Shown here piece after piece: positions 37,153-48,260 of a stretch of 64,000 nt of DNA. The stretch's first letter is position 1; every line of letters starts with the position of its first letter. The DNA lies in assembly GCA_904384245.1 (NCBI GenBank), contig CAJFJM010000001.1, forward strand, positions 21,252-85,251, given 5' to 3'. The position numbers were made by a program, and so were the translations under genes. The DNA is from an uncultured Clostridia bacterium. Its GTDB lineage: Bacteria > Bacillota > Clostridia > TANB77 > CAG-508. A model generated the notes under the pieces. That model did not search any database and was not told where the DNA came from. It worked only from the letters and a program-made list of their open reading frames with translations.

Positions 37153-38631
37153 TCACAAAATTATGCAAATCAATCCGCCACTACCTTCATTGACAATTCT
37201 TTCTAAAGTTTCTTGCAATTTAATTTGAGCATCTTCTGGCATTTTAGAAAGTTTTGCTTGAAGTCCTTCGTTAACAAGTTCATGTAAGCTTTTTCCAAAA
37301 ATGTTTGATTCCCAAATTTGTTTAGGGTCATTTTCAAAGCCAGAAAGCAAATAATTTACTAATTCTTCAGATTGTTTTTCTGAACCAACAATAGGAGATA
37401 CTTCAGTTGTTACATTTGTTTTTATCATATGTATTGATGGTGCAGTTGCTTTTAGTTTTACTCCAAATCGAGAACCCTGTTTTACCATTTCTGGTTCTTC
37501 AAGTACTAGTTCATCAATGGAAGGAGTAACTATACCATAACCTTTTGCATTAACTTCTTCTAATGCATATGCAATTTTATCATATTTTTGTTTTGTACTA
37601 GATAATGTAGAAATTATACTAAATAAATCACCTTCATTATCTATTTGAACTCCAGTTATTTCTGACAAGATTTTGTAGAAAAGTTCTTCTTTAAGTTCAA
37701 TTTTTATATTTACATTTCCAGTACCTAATTGAATATTTTCTAAATTAGTTTTACTTATTATATCTGTAGAAGAAATAGAAGAAGTGCAAGTAGAAATATC
37801 TTTTAAAACTAGTACATCAGAAAAAGCTTTTTTAATTTCATCTAGTAATTGTTTTTTTAATGGATGTGATGTAGAAAGACCATCTATCCATCTAGGTAAT
37901 TTAATAGCTATTCTGTTTACAGGAAATTCATATAGAACTTTAGAAAATATATTGTTAATATCATCTAAATTTAAATTTGCACAATTTATAGGAATAACAC
38001 TATTATTATATTTTTGTGATAACTTAGTAGCTAATTCTTGAGTATAATCAGAGTTAGGTTCAGCAGAGTTTAGCAAAATTACAAAAGGCTTATTTATAGC
38101 TTTTAATTCTGTAACTACTCTTTCTTCAGCTTTAATATAATCTTCTCTTGGAATATCTGTAATACTTCCATCTGTTGTAACAAGAATACCTATTGTAGAA
38201 TGTTCCTCAATTACTTTCTTTGTGCCAATTTCAGCAGCTTTTTCAAAAGGAATTTCATCATCAGACCAAGGTGTTTTTACCATTCTAGGCATATCATCTT
38301 CTAAATATCCAATAGCATTGTCAACCAAATATCCAACACAATCAACAAGTCTAGTTTTAAATTTAAGTTGATTATTTAAAGTAATTTCAATAGCCTCATT
38401 AGGTACAAATTTTGGCTCAGTTGTCATTATTGTTTTACCACCAGCACTTTGAGGTAATTCATCTTTAGCACGATTTTTTTTGTACTCATTATCAATGTTA
38501 GGAATAACAAGTAAATCCATAAATTTCTTGATAAATGTAGATTTACCAGTTCTTACAGGCCCCACCACTCCTACATAGATATCCCCATCTGTTCTTTTTG
38601 CGATGTCTTGATATAATTTTGTATTTTCCAT
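37153..38631 (-). CDS. spoIVA: stage IV sporulation protein A (spore coat morphogenetic ATPase)
   Basis: 492 aa; Walker A GPVRTGKSTFIKKFM, characteristic N-terminus MENTKLYQDIAKRT. Confidence 0.9.
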   Translation of the reverse strand: MENTKLYQDIAKRTDGDIYVGVVGPVRTGKSTFIKKFMDLLVIPNIDNEYKKNRAKDELPQSAGGKTIMTTEPKFVPNEAIEITLNNQLKFKTRLVDCVGYLVDNAIGYLEDDMPRMVKTPWSDDEIPFEKAAEIGTKKVIEEHSTIGILVTTDGSITDIPREDYIKAEERVVTELKAINKPFVILLNSAEPNSDYTQELATKLSQKYNNSVIPINCANLNLDDINNIFSKVLYEFPVNRIAIKLPRWIDGLSTSHPLKKQLLDEIKKAFSDVLVLKDISTCTSSISSTDIISKTNLENIQLGTGNVNIKIELKEELFYKILSEITGVQIDNEGDLFSIISTLSSTKQKYDKIAYALEEVNAKGYGIVTPSIDELVLEEPEMVKQGSRFGVKLKATAPSIHMIKTNVTTEVSPIVGSEKQSEELVNYLLSGFENDPKQIWESNIFGKSLHELVNEGLQAKLSKMPEDAQIKLQETLERIVNEGSGGLICIIL

Positions 38632-38961
38632 CTATAATACCCTCCTTTAGATTCAAGAAAATGTTTGTACTAATAACTTAATAAATGTATATTAAGTTTT
38701 ATTTTTGCTTATGACAAGTTTAATAAAAAAATTTGCTAAAAAATAAAATTTGTGATAAAATACATTTGTTATAGTGTATAAGAAAAGCTACAACTAAAAC
38801 TAGTATGCTTCATGTAAAATTTTATGAGTAGCTTTTGTTATTGTATACGGAAAATAATATGCAAATTGTTAAGATAATATACATATAATGTTAATTTATT
38901 TATAGCAAAAAAATAAAAACAGAATAAAATATTAGAGTAAACGAATTTAAAATCTAATGAA

Positions 38962-40251
38962 ATGACGAAGGGAATGAAAGCGATGGATAAAATGCAAGAT
39001 GTAATAAAACTTTTAGAGGAATATCATCAAGAACATATTATTAAATGGATGGATAAATTAGATGATGAAAGTAAAAGAAAATTAGTAGAACAAATAAAAA
39101 ATATTGATTTACATCAAATAGTGGAATTATATGAAACTACAAGAAAAGAAATAGAAATAAAAGAAAATAAAATAGAAGCAATAAAATATTTAGACAAAGA
39201 AAAAATAAATCCAATTGAGAAAGAAAGACTTGATGATTTAGCAGAAAATGTTATAAAAAAATCGCAATATGCAGTAGTCACAATGGCAGGTGGTCAAGGA
39301 ACAAGACTTGAACATCCAGGACCTAAAGGTACATTTAAATTAGATGTATATGGAAAGGGAAAATATTTATTTGAAATATTAGCAGAAAATTTAAAAGAAG
39401 CAAATAATAAATATGATGTTATAATTCCATGGTATATAATGACAAGTAGAGAAAACAATGATGAAACATATAACTTTTTGGAAAAACATAATTATTTTGG
39501 ATATGACAAAGATAATGTAATATTATTCAAGCAAGGAGAATTGCCAATATTAGATATGAATGGAAAGTTAATGATTGATAAAAATGGTTTTATAAAAGAA
39601 GCATCAGACGGTAATGGAGGAGTTTTTACATCATTAAGGACATCAGGAGCTTTAGCAGATATGAAAGAAAGAGGAATAAAATGGATTTTCATAGGTGGTG
39701 TCGATAATGTATTATTAAAGATGTGTGATACTACTTTACTTGGTATGGCAATTGATAAAAATGTAGAAGTTGCATCAAAATCTGTAGTAAAAGCAAATCC
39801 ACACGAAAAAGTAGGAGTTTTTTGTAAAATGAATAACCATCCAAAAGTTATAGAATATTCAGAATTACCAGAAAAAATGGCAGAAGAGGTAGATTCAAAT
39901 GGTGAATTAAAATATGGAGAATCACATATAATGTGTAATTTATTTACAATAGATGCAATAGAGAAAGTAAGTAAAGAACCTTTAATATATCATTATGCAA
40001 TAAAGAAAAATTCATATTTAGATGAAGATGGAAAAGAAGTAATCCCGCTAGAACCTAATTCATATAAATTTGAAGCTTTTATTTTTGATGCCTTTGAATT
40101 TTTTGATGACATTGCAATTCTAAGAGGAAAAAGAGAAGATGATTTTGCACCTGTAAAAAATAAAGAAGGTGTAGATAGTCCAAAAACAGCAAAAGAATTA
40201 TACGAAAAGTTCTGGGAAAGAAATAAAAATGTGTTAGTAAATGCGAGCTAA
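38962..40251 (+). CDS. UDPGP-family sugar-1-phosphate uridylyltransferase (UAP1/UDP-GlcNAc pyrophosphorylase-like)
   Basis: VTMAGGQGTRLEHPGPKGTF nucleotide-binding motif, about 429 aa; start codon uncertain. Confidence 0.7.
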   Translation: MTKGMKAMDKMQDVIKLLEEYHQEHIIKWMDKLDDESKRKLVEQIKNIDLHQIVELYETTRKEIEIKENKIEAIKYLDKEKINPIEKERLDDLAENVIKKSQYAVVTMAGGQGTRLEHPGPKGTFKLDVYGKGKYLFEILAENLKEANNKYDVIIPWYIMTSRENNDETYNFLEKHNYFGYDKDNVILFKQGELPILDMNGKLMIDKNGFIKEASDGNGGVFTSLRTSGALADMKERGIKWIFIGGVDNVLLKMCDTTLLGMAIDKNVEVASKSVVKANPHEKVGVFCKMNNHPKVIEYSELPEKMAEEVDSNGELKYGESHIMCNLFTIDAIEKVSKEPLIYHYAIKKNSYLDEDGKEVIPLEPNSYKFEAFIFDAFEFFDDIAILRGKREDDFAPVKNKEGVDSPKTAKELYEKFWERNKNVLVNAS

Positions 40252-40444
40252 TTAAAAAGAAAATATTATACATATGAATTTAAGTAGTTATATAATAAAT
40301 CATTATAATTTAAAGCTATAAATAGAAAACTTGAAGATATATTTTAATATAATTATTTAAAGTTTATATAGAAAAATCTTTGAAAATTCTAGTAAAGTAA
40401 AGCTGTAAATCATATAAATAAAATAGGAAAGGAAAAAATTAAAA

Positions 40445-41116
40445 ATGGAAGAATGCAAAATACAAAATTTATTTGATTTAAATCAAACAATTGCAAAAGA
40501 TATTTTTGAAAATGCAATATATCCATGGGAAGTTTTATCTAAAATTTCAGAATTTATAATAGAACTTGGAAATACATTAGATCCAGAAGTTTTCGAAAAA
40601 AAAGGAGAAAATATTTGGATTGCAAAATCAGCAATTGTTGCAAAAACAGCATCAATCACAGGACCTGTAATAATTGATGAAGGTGCAGAAATTAGACATT
40701 GTGCATTTATTAGAGGAAAAGCAATTATAGGAAAAAATGCAGTAGTTGGAAATTCAACAGAACTAAAAAATGTAATATTATTTAATAATGTTCAAGTACC
40801 ACATTATAATTATGTAGGAGATTCAATATTAGGTTACAAAGCACATATGGGAGCAGGTTCAATAACATCAAATGTAAAATCTGATAAAAAATTAGTAGTT
40901 ATAAAAAATGGAAGAGAACAAATAGAAACAGGGATAAAAAAAGTAGGAGCGATGTTAGGAGATAATGTAGAAGTAGGGTGTGGAACAGTATTAAATCCAG
41001 GAAGTATAGTAGGAAGAAATTCAAATATCTATCCGCTAACTTCAGTAAGAGGAGTAATACCAGCAAACAGTATATGTAAAGGTGGAAATCCATTACAAGT
41101 AGTTCAAAAAGTATAG
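40445..41116 (+). CDS. left-handed beta-helix (hexapeptide) acyltransferase resembling the GlmU C-terminal domain
   Basis: NYVGDSILGYKAHMGAGSITSN matches the GlmU acetyltransferase core (NYVGD…IGAGTIT). Confidence 0.6.
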   Translation: MEECKIQNLFDLNQTIAKDIFENAIYPWEVLSKISEFIIELGNTLDPEVFEKKGENIWIAKSAIVAKTASITGPVIIDEGAEIRHCAFIRGKAIIGKNAVVGNSTELKNVILFNNVQVPHYNYVGDSILGYKAHMGAGSITSNVKSDKKLVVIKNGREQIETGIKKVGAMLGDNVEVGCGTVLNPGSIVGRNSNIYPLTSVRGVIPANSICKGGNPLQVVQKV

Positions 41117-41290
41117 AGTTGTTACAAAAACAAAATTATTTTATTTTTTTAATATTTAAAAAAATAACAAAAGTATAGAAACATATTAAGTAGTTTTAGA
41201 GATATAATTTTTTTTTGAAAATAAAATATTATTTATTTTCATTTTAAGCTCGCGTAACTTAAAGTTTCATATTGTTTACTATATAATAAA

Positions 41291-41325
41291 AAAGAATGGT
41301 GGAAAAATCTACCATTCTTTTTTTG
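41291..41325. terminator. bidirectional terminator between convergent genes
   Basis: AGAATGGTGG…CTACCATTCT hairpin flanked by A-run and T-run. Confidence 0.6.
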
Positions 41326-41330
41326 GAAAG

Positions 41331-41702
41331 CTACATAGCTTGTTTTCCTGGTAAAAAGTAATCAATAACACCATATATTAAAGCACCAATAATTGCTGCC
41401 ATCCATGAAATAGAATATCCTGCTACAAAGAATTGAGTTACATATAATGTAATTGCAGCTAGTGCAAATCCTACAAATCCTTTACCAAATGGACTTGCAT
41501 GTAAACCTGTAAATTTTACAACTAGATAATCTATAGCAGTTAAAACTACAGCAGCTAATGCTAATGTCCAAATATTATTGATAGTAAAACCAGGTGTAAA
41601 GAAAGCAGTTATAGCTAATACAACAGCAGCACCTATAAATCTTCCAACAACTTGCATAACTGTAGAACTTCCTGTTTTTACATTTGATTCTGTATTAGAC
41701 AT
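41331..41702 (-). CDS. small membrane protein (DUF360/holin-like 4-TM family)
   Basis: GGAGG RBS 9 nt before ATG (MSNTESN…); 3-4 TM helices. Confidence 0.45.
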   Translation of the reverse strand: MSNTESNVKTGSSTVMQVVGRFIGAAVVLAITAFFTPGFTINNIWTLALAAVVLTAIDYLVVKFTGLHASPFGKGFVGFALAAITLYVTQFFVAGYSISWMAAIIGALIYGVIDYFLPGKQAM

Positions 41703-41864
41703 TTTGTTAACCTCCTTGGTTTTCATTTTTTTAAGCTAAAAAAAACTAAAGTCTAATTTTATTATTTACAAATTAAATAAAAATATTCAAATATAATTGC
41801 ATAAAAAAAGGAGATTTTGTAAAAAATAGAAAAAAGAAATTTTAAAAAAGAAAGGTTGATTTAG

Positions 41865-42536
41865 ATGCTTATAACATTTTTTAGAGCAGTAATTTTATAT
41901 ATTTTTGTTTTAATAGTAATGCGACTAATGGGAAAAAGAGAAATAGGACAATTACAACCTTTTGAACTTGCAATATCTATAATGATAGCAGACTTATCAA
42001 CTGTACCAATGGCAGATATTGGAATTCCTATTTTTAATGGAATTATTCCAATTTTAGGATTATTATTGATGCATTTAATAATTTCAATTTTAAATTTAAA
42101 AAGCATAAAAGCAAGAGAAATAATATGTGGAAAACCTAGAATTTTAATATATAGAGGTAAAATTGACGAAAATGCATTAAGAAAAGAAAGATTTACAATA
42201 AATGAATTACAAGAAAGATTAAGAGGAAATAATATAGTAAATATATCTGATGTAGAATACGCGATTTTAGAAACAAGTGGACAAGTAACAGTAATACAAA
42301 AACCAGAAAAAAGAAATACAATTCCAGAAGATTTTAATATATATCCAGAATATGAAGGAATAACATATGATTTAGTAGTAGATGGAAAAATCATGCAAAA
42401 AAATTTAGATACTTTAGGAAAAGATTATCAATGGTTAGAAAAAGAATTATCAAAAATGAATATCAAACCAGAAGAAGCCCTTATTGCTACTTTAGATGGT
42501 AAAGGCAAAATATTCTGTCAAAAGAAAGGGGAATAA
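41865..42536 (+). CDS. DUF421 (YetF-like) membrane protein
   Basis: N-terminus MLITFFRAVILYIFVLIVMRLMGKREIGQLQPFELAI typical of DUF421. Confidence 0.7.
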   Translation: MLITFFRAVILYIFVLIVMRLMGKREIGQLQPFELAISIMIADLSTVPMADIGIPIFNGIIPILGLLLMHLIISILNLKSIKAREIICGKPRILIYRGKIDENALRKERFTINELQERLRGNNIVNISDVEYAILETSGQVTVIQKPEKRNTIPEDFNIYPEYEGITYDLVVDGKIMQKNLDTLGKDYQWLEKELSKMNIKPEEALIATLDGKGKIFCQKKGE

Positions 42537-42542
42537 AGGCTA

Positions 42543-42938
42543 ATGAAAAAAGAGTTAATAATTTGTATAATTATTCTTATTTTAATTATAATAGGAAATA
42601 TTTTAACACAAAAATATACAACTAATTCAGTTGATGTAATAACAGAAAGTTTAAAAGATTTAAGAAAAGATATTTTAAAAGATATAGAAAATGTAGACAA
42701 AGAATATACATTAAAAAAAGTAAATGAAGTAGATGAAAAGTGGCATAAATTTTATAATTTGTTAGCATATTATATAGAACACAATGAATTAGAAAAAGCA
42801 GAAACAAATTTAATTGCAATAGAAAGTTATTTAGAAGGAGAGGAATATGGTGAGGGAGTAAGTAAAATAGATGAAACAATTTTTGTACTTGAACATATTG
42901 AAAGAAAATATAAAGTAACATTGCAAAATATTTTTTAA
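42543..42938 (+). CDS. DUF4363-like small membrane-anchored protein (usual DUF421 partner)
   Basis: 131 aa, N-terminal TM, gene order conserved with DUF421. Confidence 0.55.
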   Translation: MKKELIICIIILILIIIGNILTQKYTTNSVDVITESLKDLRKDILKDIENVDKEYTLKKVNEVDEKWHKFYNLLAYYIEHNELEKAETNLIAIESYLEGEEYGEGVSKIDETIFVLEHIERKYKVTLQNIF

Positions 42939-43121
42939 AAAATGCTTTTAAATTATATTTTTCTGACCAATGTAGAATAATACTCTTAAAAAAGTTATAC
43001 ATTTAAAAGATTTCAGAGTTAATAAATGTTTGAAGATTTTTTTAAGATAAAATAAAAGAGGTTCTCAAATTTATGATATTGAGAACTTCTTTTATTTTAT
43101 CTTTAGAATGGCTTTAAGCAT

Positions 43122-45515
43122 TTATTTATTTCCATCAATTTCTGCATATTTTTTCAATTTCTCATAAACTAAATAATTAACAGTACCAGCAGGGAAGTGG
43201 CCAGTAGAATCTTTTTTACCAGCAGGAACGCCAGTTAAAACTTCAATACCTTCTTCAATAGTAGAAACTGAATAGATGTGGAATAATTTATTTTTAACAG
43301 CTTCAATAATTTCATCAGAAAGTTGTAGATTATCAACATTTTGAACAGGAATCATTACACCATGTTCACCTGTTAAACCTCTCATTTTACAAATTTGAAA
43401 ATAACCTTCTATTTTTTCATTTACACCGCCAATTGGTTGAATTTGTCCTTTTTGATTTACAGAACCTGTAACAGCTATTGCTTGGTTAATTGGAATACCA
43501 GAAAGACTAGAAAGCAATCCATATAGTTCTGTACTAGAAGCACTATCTCCATCAACTCCATTATATAATTGTTCAAAACAAATACTTGCAGTTAAACAAA
43601 GTGGAATATCTTGTGCAAACATTTCTCCTAAGTATCCAGTTAAAATTAAAACACCTTTAGAATGAGAAGGGCCAGAAATTTCAACTTCTCTTTCAATATT
43701 TACAACGCCATTTTTTCCAGTATAAGTATTAACAGTTATTTTAGCAGGTTTTCCAAAAGTATAATCTCCAATTGTCATAATAGTTAAACCATTTAAAGTA
43801 CCTACTTCATAACCTGAAGTATCAATTAGTAATGAATGATTTTCAATCATTTCCATATATTTTGCATCATATTTTTTAACACGATTTATTTGTTCTTCTA
43901 AGGCTTTAGTTATAAAACCTTCTGTAATAATTTTAGATTTAGCAATTTTTGCCCATGTAGCAGCTTCTCCAACAATCTGTATTAAATCGTCAAATCTAGT
44001 AGAAATTTTAGAATGACTTCCAGCAAGTTTCGAAGCATATTCAATTAACCTTGCCATAGCTTTTTTATCTAGGTGAGGAAGTTCTGCATGTTCACAAAAT
44101 CCATGAACAATGCAAGCAAGTTTATTTAAATTTTCTTTTGTTATAGGTGCATCATCTTCAAATTCAACTTTTATTTTAAATAACTTTCTAAAATCAGAAT
44201 CCATTGAAAGTAGTGTTTGATAAATTGAACTATTTCCAATTAAAATTACTTTTAAATTTAAAGGAATAGGCTCAGGTTTTAAAGAAATCATTACCATCGA
44301 AGCTCTTTGTTCATTAGCATGTTCTATTGCAATTTCTTTTATTCTTAAGGCTTTTTTTAAAGCCTCATAACAAGCAGGATTAGATAATAAATCTTTTGCT
44401 TGAAATATAATATATCCACCATTTGCTAAATGTAATAGTCCTGGTTTTAACATTGTGTGATCAGTTTTTAAAGTTCCATAATAATTTTCATATTCAAGAA
44501 AACCAAAAATATTATTATAAGAATAATTAGAATCCATAATAACTGGAGCACCTTCACGTTGAGAATTATCCACAAATAAATTTACTCTATAATTTAAAGA
44601 AGGGTCAGTCTTTCTCATAGCAGGATTCATTGACATTTGTTGTTGTTGATTATTTTTATTATCTTCTTCTAGAAAATAAGATACATTTTTTAGAACATCT
44701 TGTTTTACATCATTTAAGAATTTATTTATTTTTTTATTTCTTTTATATTTTGATTTTAGATAATTTATATGAACATTTATTGTTAAAAGAGCAATATTTG
44801 ATTGCCATTCAGAAATTCTTTTATCAGAGGCACGTTCAATTTCCTTAATTTGACCTATTACATTCATAATTTGTTCTTGAACAATAGCAGAATTATCTTC
44901 ATAATTTTGCTTAGTTTCATTATCTAATTTATCAAATTCTTCTTCTTCAATAATTCTTCCATCTACAATAGGCATCATATATATACCATTTTGAGAGGCT
45001 TTTACATGAAAATTATATTTAGAAGCATCTTCATTTAATTTATTTAAAAGAGCACTTCGTTTTTCTTCAAATTCTTGTTTAATTAAAGCTTTTTCTTTTT
45101 CAAAATCATCTGCATTAAAAGTTTTTTTGATATCTTTTTTAATTTCTTTAATAAATCCATCCATTGCATCTTTGAATTCTTTTCCTTGTCCTGCAGGTAA
45201 AGAAACTGCAATTGGTTCATTTGGATTATCAAAATTATAGATATAACACCAGTCAGAAGGGACTTTCTTCTTGCTAGAAATTTTATTTAGGTAATTTTTA
45301 GTATACATTGTTTTTCCAACACCACTTGGCCCTTCAATGTATATGTTATAACCTTTTACATCAACTTGAACACCAAATTCTAAAGCTTTTATTCCTCTAT
45401 CTTGACCTATTCCAGATTGAATTGGTTCAAGTTCTGCAGTTGTGTCAAAATTTAATAAACTTTCATCACATGTGAATTTTAAATCTTTATAATTTAATTC
45501 ATTTTTTTTCTTCAT
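43122..45515 (-). CDS. Lon-related ATP-dependent protease (AAA+ plus C-terminal S16 domain; TIGR00764-like)
   Basis: 797 aa; Walker A GPSGVGKTM, C-terminal Lon proteolytic domain with the catalytic Ser in GDSASSTE. Confidence 0.8.
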   Translation of the reverse strand: MKKKNELNYKDLKFTCDESLLNFDTTAELEPIQSGIGQDRGIKALEFGVQVDVKGYNIYIEGPSGVGKTMYTKNYLNKISSKKKVPSDWCYIYNFDNPNEPIAVSLPAGQGKEFKDAMDGFIKEIKKDIKKTFNADDFEKEKALIKQEFEEKRSALLNKLNEDASKYNFHVKASQNGIYMMPIVDGRIIEEEEFDKLDNETKQNYEDNSAIVQEQIMNVIGQIKEIERASDKRISEWQSNIALLTINVHINYLKSKYKRNKKINKFLNDVKQDVLKNVSYFLEEDNKNNQQQQMSMNPAMRKTDPSLNYRVNLFVDNSQREGAPVIMDSNYSYNNIFGFLEYENYYGTLKTDHTMLKPGLLHLANGGYIIFQAKDLLSNPACYEALKKALRIKEIAIEHANEQRASMVMISLKPEPIPLNLKVILIGNSSIYQTLLSMDSDFRKLFKIKVEFEDDAPITKENLNKLACIVHGFCEHAELPHLDKKAMARLIEYASKLAGSHSKISTRFDDLIQIVGEAATWAKIAKSKIITEGFITKALEEQINRVKKYDAKYMEMIENHSLLIDTSGYEVGTLNGLTIMTIGDYTFGKPAKITVNTYTGKNGVVNIEREVEISGPSHSKGVLILTGYLGEMFAQDIPLCLTASICFEQLYNGVDGDSASSTELYGLLSSLSGIPINQAIAVTGSVNQKGQIQPIGGVNEKIEGYFQICKMRGLTGEHGVMIPVQNVDNLQLSDEIIEAVKNKLFHIYSVSTIEEGIEVLTGVPAGKKDSTGHFPAGTVNYLVYEKLKKYAEIDGNK

Positions 45516-45767
45516 TGGTTATTCCTCCATTTTTTGTTTTAGTATTTCCATTTTCTTTCGAATTTATTAAAGTTATTTTATATTAACATTAAAAAAAAGT
45601 AAAGTTTTTTAAAAAAGTTTCTTTAATAAGTTTGAACTTTAAAGAGTATGTCCAAGGTTCAACTCAAAATTCGAATAAACTGTACAAAAACTTTAAAAAC
45701 TATTGAAATCTTAAACAATAAAATATATAATAAGACTGTTATTATTCTATTGGAAAGGATTCAAAAA

Positions 45768-46334
45768 ATGAATAAAACCAAAAGAAAGATATTTGAAACT
45801 TCAATGAAGTTATTTGCAGAAAAAGGATATGATGCAACAAGTATAGAAGAAATTACAGCAACTGTAGGAGTTGCAAAGGGAACATTATATTATCATTTTT
45901 CAAGCAAAGAAGAAATTTTTAATTTTTTAATTGAAGAAGGTATGAAACTATTACAAAACAGTATAGAAATAAAAACATCAAAATTCCAAAATTATATAGA
46001 CAAACTAAAAGCTATAGTTTTAATACAAATAAAAATAGTAATGAAATATGAAGATTTAATTACTATTTTGCTTAGTCAATTTTATGGAAATGAAGCAAGA
46101 AATCAAAAATGTCAAAAACATGTTTATGATTACATAAATAAAATTGAAGAAATAGTAAAAGAAGGAATAGAATGTAATCAAATAAAAAAAGGAAATCCTA
46201 AAGTAATAGCTTCAGAAATTTATGGTCTAATTGCATCCTGTTTAGTATATAAATTAAGAAATAGAGATGAAATAGACATAATGAAATTATACAGAGAATT
46301 TGAAAATACTGTAATTGAAGGATTAAAAATATAA
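45768..46334 (+). CDS. TetR/AcrR-family transcriptional regulator (FadR-like context)
   Basis: HTH …SIEEITATVGVAKGTLYYHFSSKEEIF; GGAAAGGA RBS before ATG 45768; precedes an acyl-CoA ligase. Confidence 0.8.
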   Translation: MNKTKRKIFETSMKLFAEKGYDATSIEEITATVGVAKGTLYYHFSSKEEIFNFLIEEGMKLLQNSIEIKTSKFQNYIDKLKAIVLIQIKIVMKYEDLITILLSQFYGNEARNQKCQKHVYDYINKIEEIVKEGIECNQIKKGNPKVIASEIYGLIASCLVYKLRNRDEIDIMKLYREFENTVIEGLKI

Positions 46335-46352
46335 AAATAAGGGGAATTGATT

Positions 46353-48068
46353 ATGAGAGAGCCTATATATAAAGTTGAAAAATATACAGATATAAAAGAT
46401 ATGTTAAATAAATCAGGAGAAAAATATGGTGATAGACCAGCATATTTATTTAGAACAGACAAGCCAGGTAAATTAAGAGAAATAACACATAGAGAATTTA
46501 GAGAACAAGTAACAAAGCTTGGTACTAAATTGATAGATATGGGATTAAAAGATAAAAGAATTGCTGTTATTGGAGAAAATTGTTATGAATGGGCTGTTAG
46601 TTATTTAGCAGTTGTTACAGGTACAGGAATAGTAGTTCCATTAGATAAAGCATTACCAGAAAATGAAATAGAAAGTTTAATTTTACGTTCAGAAGTTGAA
46701 GCAATATTTTATACAAATAAATATACAGAAATAATGAACAAAATTAAAGAAAAACATAATACAAAAATCCAATATTTTATATCAATGAATTCTGAAAAAA
46801 ATGAAAATGATATATATTCTTTTAAACAACTAATTGAAGAAGGAGAAGAATTAGTTAAAAATGGTGATAGAAGATTTATAGATGCAAAAATAGACCCAGA
46901 TGTTATGGGAATAATGCTATTTACATCTGGAACAACAGCAATGTCTAAAGCAGTTATGTTATCACATAAAAATATTGTAAGTAATTTATTTGATATAACA
47001 TCAGTAATAAAATTAGTTCCAGAAGATAGAATGTTATCATTTTTACCATTACATCATACATTTGAATCAACAGTTGGATTTTTATATCCAATTTCTTGTG
47101 GATGTGCAATAGTATTTTGTGATGGAATACGTCATATTGGAGATAATATAAAAGAATTTGATATTACTGCAATGATTTCTGTTCCAGCACTTTTTGAAGG
47201 AATGTATAGAAAAGTGAAAAAAGGAATAGAGAAAAAAGGAAAATGGGAAAAAGTTCAAAAAGGAGTTAAAATTAGTAATTTCTTAAGAAAATTTGGAATA
47301 GATTTAAGACAAAAACTATTTAAAGAAGTTCATGAAGCAGTAGGAACAAAATTAAGATTATTTGTAGCAGGAGGAGCAGCATTAGATCCAGAATATGAAA
47401 AAGGTTTTCAGGATTTAGGATTTACTATATATCAAGGTTATGGTTTAACAGAAACTTCACCTGTTGTTGCAGCAGAAGATGATAAATATCAAAGATTAGG
47501 TTCAATAGGTAAAGCATTTCCAAGTATGGAAGTAAAAATAGATAATCCAAATAAAGAAGGTATAGGAGAACTTATGGCAAAAGGACCAACAGTTATGCTT
47601 GGATATTATCAAAATGAAGAAGCAACTAAAGAAACAATAGAACCAGATGGTTGGTTACATACTGGAGATTTAGCAAAAATTGATAAAGATGGGTATATTT
47701 TTATAACAGGAAGAAAGAAATTTGTTATAGTTCTTAAAAATGGTAAAAATATTTACCCAGAAGAATTAGAAGCTTTGATAAATAAAATAGAAGGTGTAAA
47801 AGAAAGTTTTGTTTATGGTAGACCAGAAGATGATGGCGATTATAAAATTTGTGCTAAAATAGTTTATGATGCAGAAATTATTAAAGAATTATATAATAAA
47901 CAAAATGAAGATGAAATAAAAGAAATTATTTGGAATGAAGTTAAAAAAATAAATAAACAAATGCCTGCTTATAAGTATGTACGAGATATTATTGTAACAG
48001 AAAAAGAATTAATAAAAACAACAACTCAAAAAATAAAAAGACATGAGGAAATAAAAACTGTAATGTAA
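46353..48068 (+). CDS. long-chain fatty-acid--CoA ligase (AMP-binding family)
   Basis: AMP-binding motif LFTSGTTAMSKAV, YGLTETS, …GDLAKIDKDGYIFITGRKK. Confidence 0.85.
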   Translation: MREPIYKVEKYTDIKDMLNKSGEKYGDRPAYLFRTDKPGKLREITHREFREQVTKLGTKLIDMGLKDKRIAVIGENCYEWAVSYLAVVTGTGIVVPLDKALPENEIESLILRSEVEAIFYTNKYTEIMNKIKEKHNTKIQYFISMNSEKNENDIYSFKQLIEEGEELVKNGDRRFIDAKIDPDVMGIMLFTSGTTAMSKAVMLSHKNIVSNLFDITSVIKLVPEDRMLSFLPLHHTFESTVGFLYPISCGCAIVFCDGIRHIGDNIKEFDITAMISVPALFEGMYRKVKKGIEKKGKWEKVQKGVKISNFLRKFGIDLRQKLFKEVHEAVGTKLRLFVAGGAALDPEYEKGFQDLGFTIYQGYGLTETSPVVAAEDDKYQRLGSIGKAFPSMEVKIDNPNKEGIGELMAKGPTVMLGYYQNEEATKETIEPDGWLHTGDLAKIDKDGYIFITGRKKFVIVLKNGKNIYPEELEALINKIEGVKESFVYGRPEDDGDYKICAKIVYDAEIIKELYNKQNEDEIKEIIWNEVKKINKQMPAYKYVRDIIVTEKELIKTTTQKIKRHEEIKTVM

Positions 48069-48260
48069 AAAAATTAAAAAGTAAGGGAAAAACAGAGATT
48101 ACAAAAAGTACAATAAAAATGTAACAAAAATGTAATATTCTTGTAACTAAAATGTAAACAAAAAAAACTAAAATAGCATTGTAGTTTTTTGTTACATAAT
48201 GTATAATTATAAATGAAATACAAGAAAGCATTTAAGCGTAGGATAAGGAGGTAGTTTACA

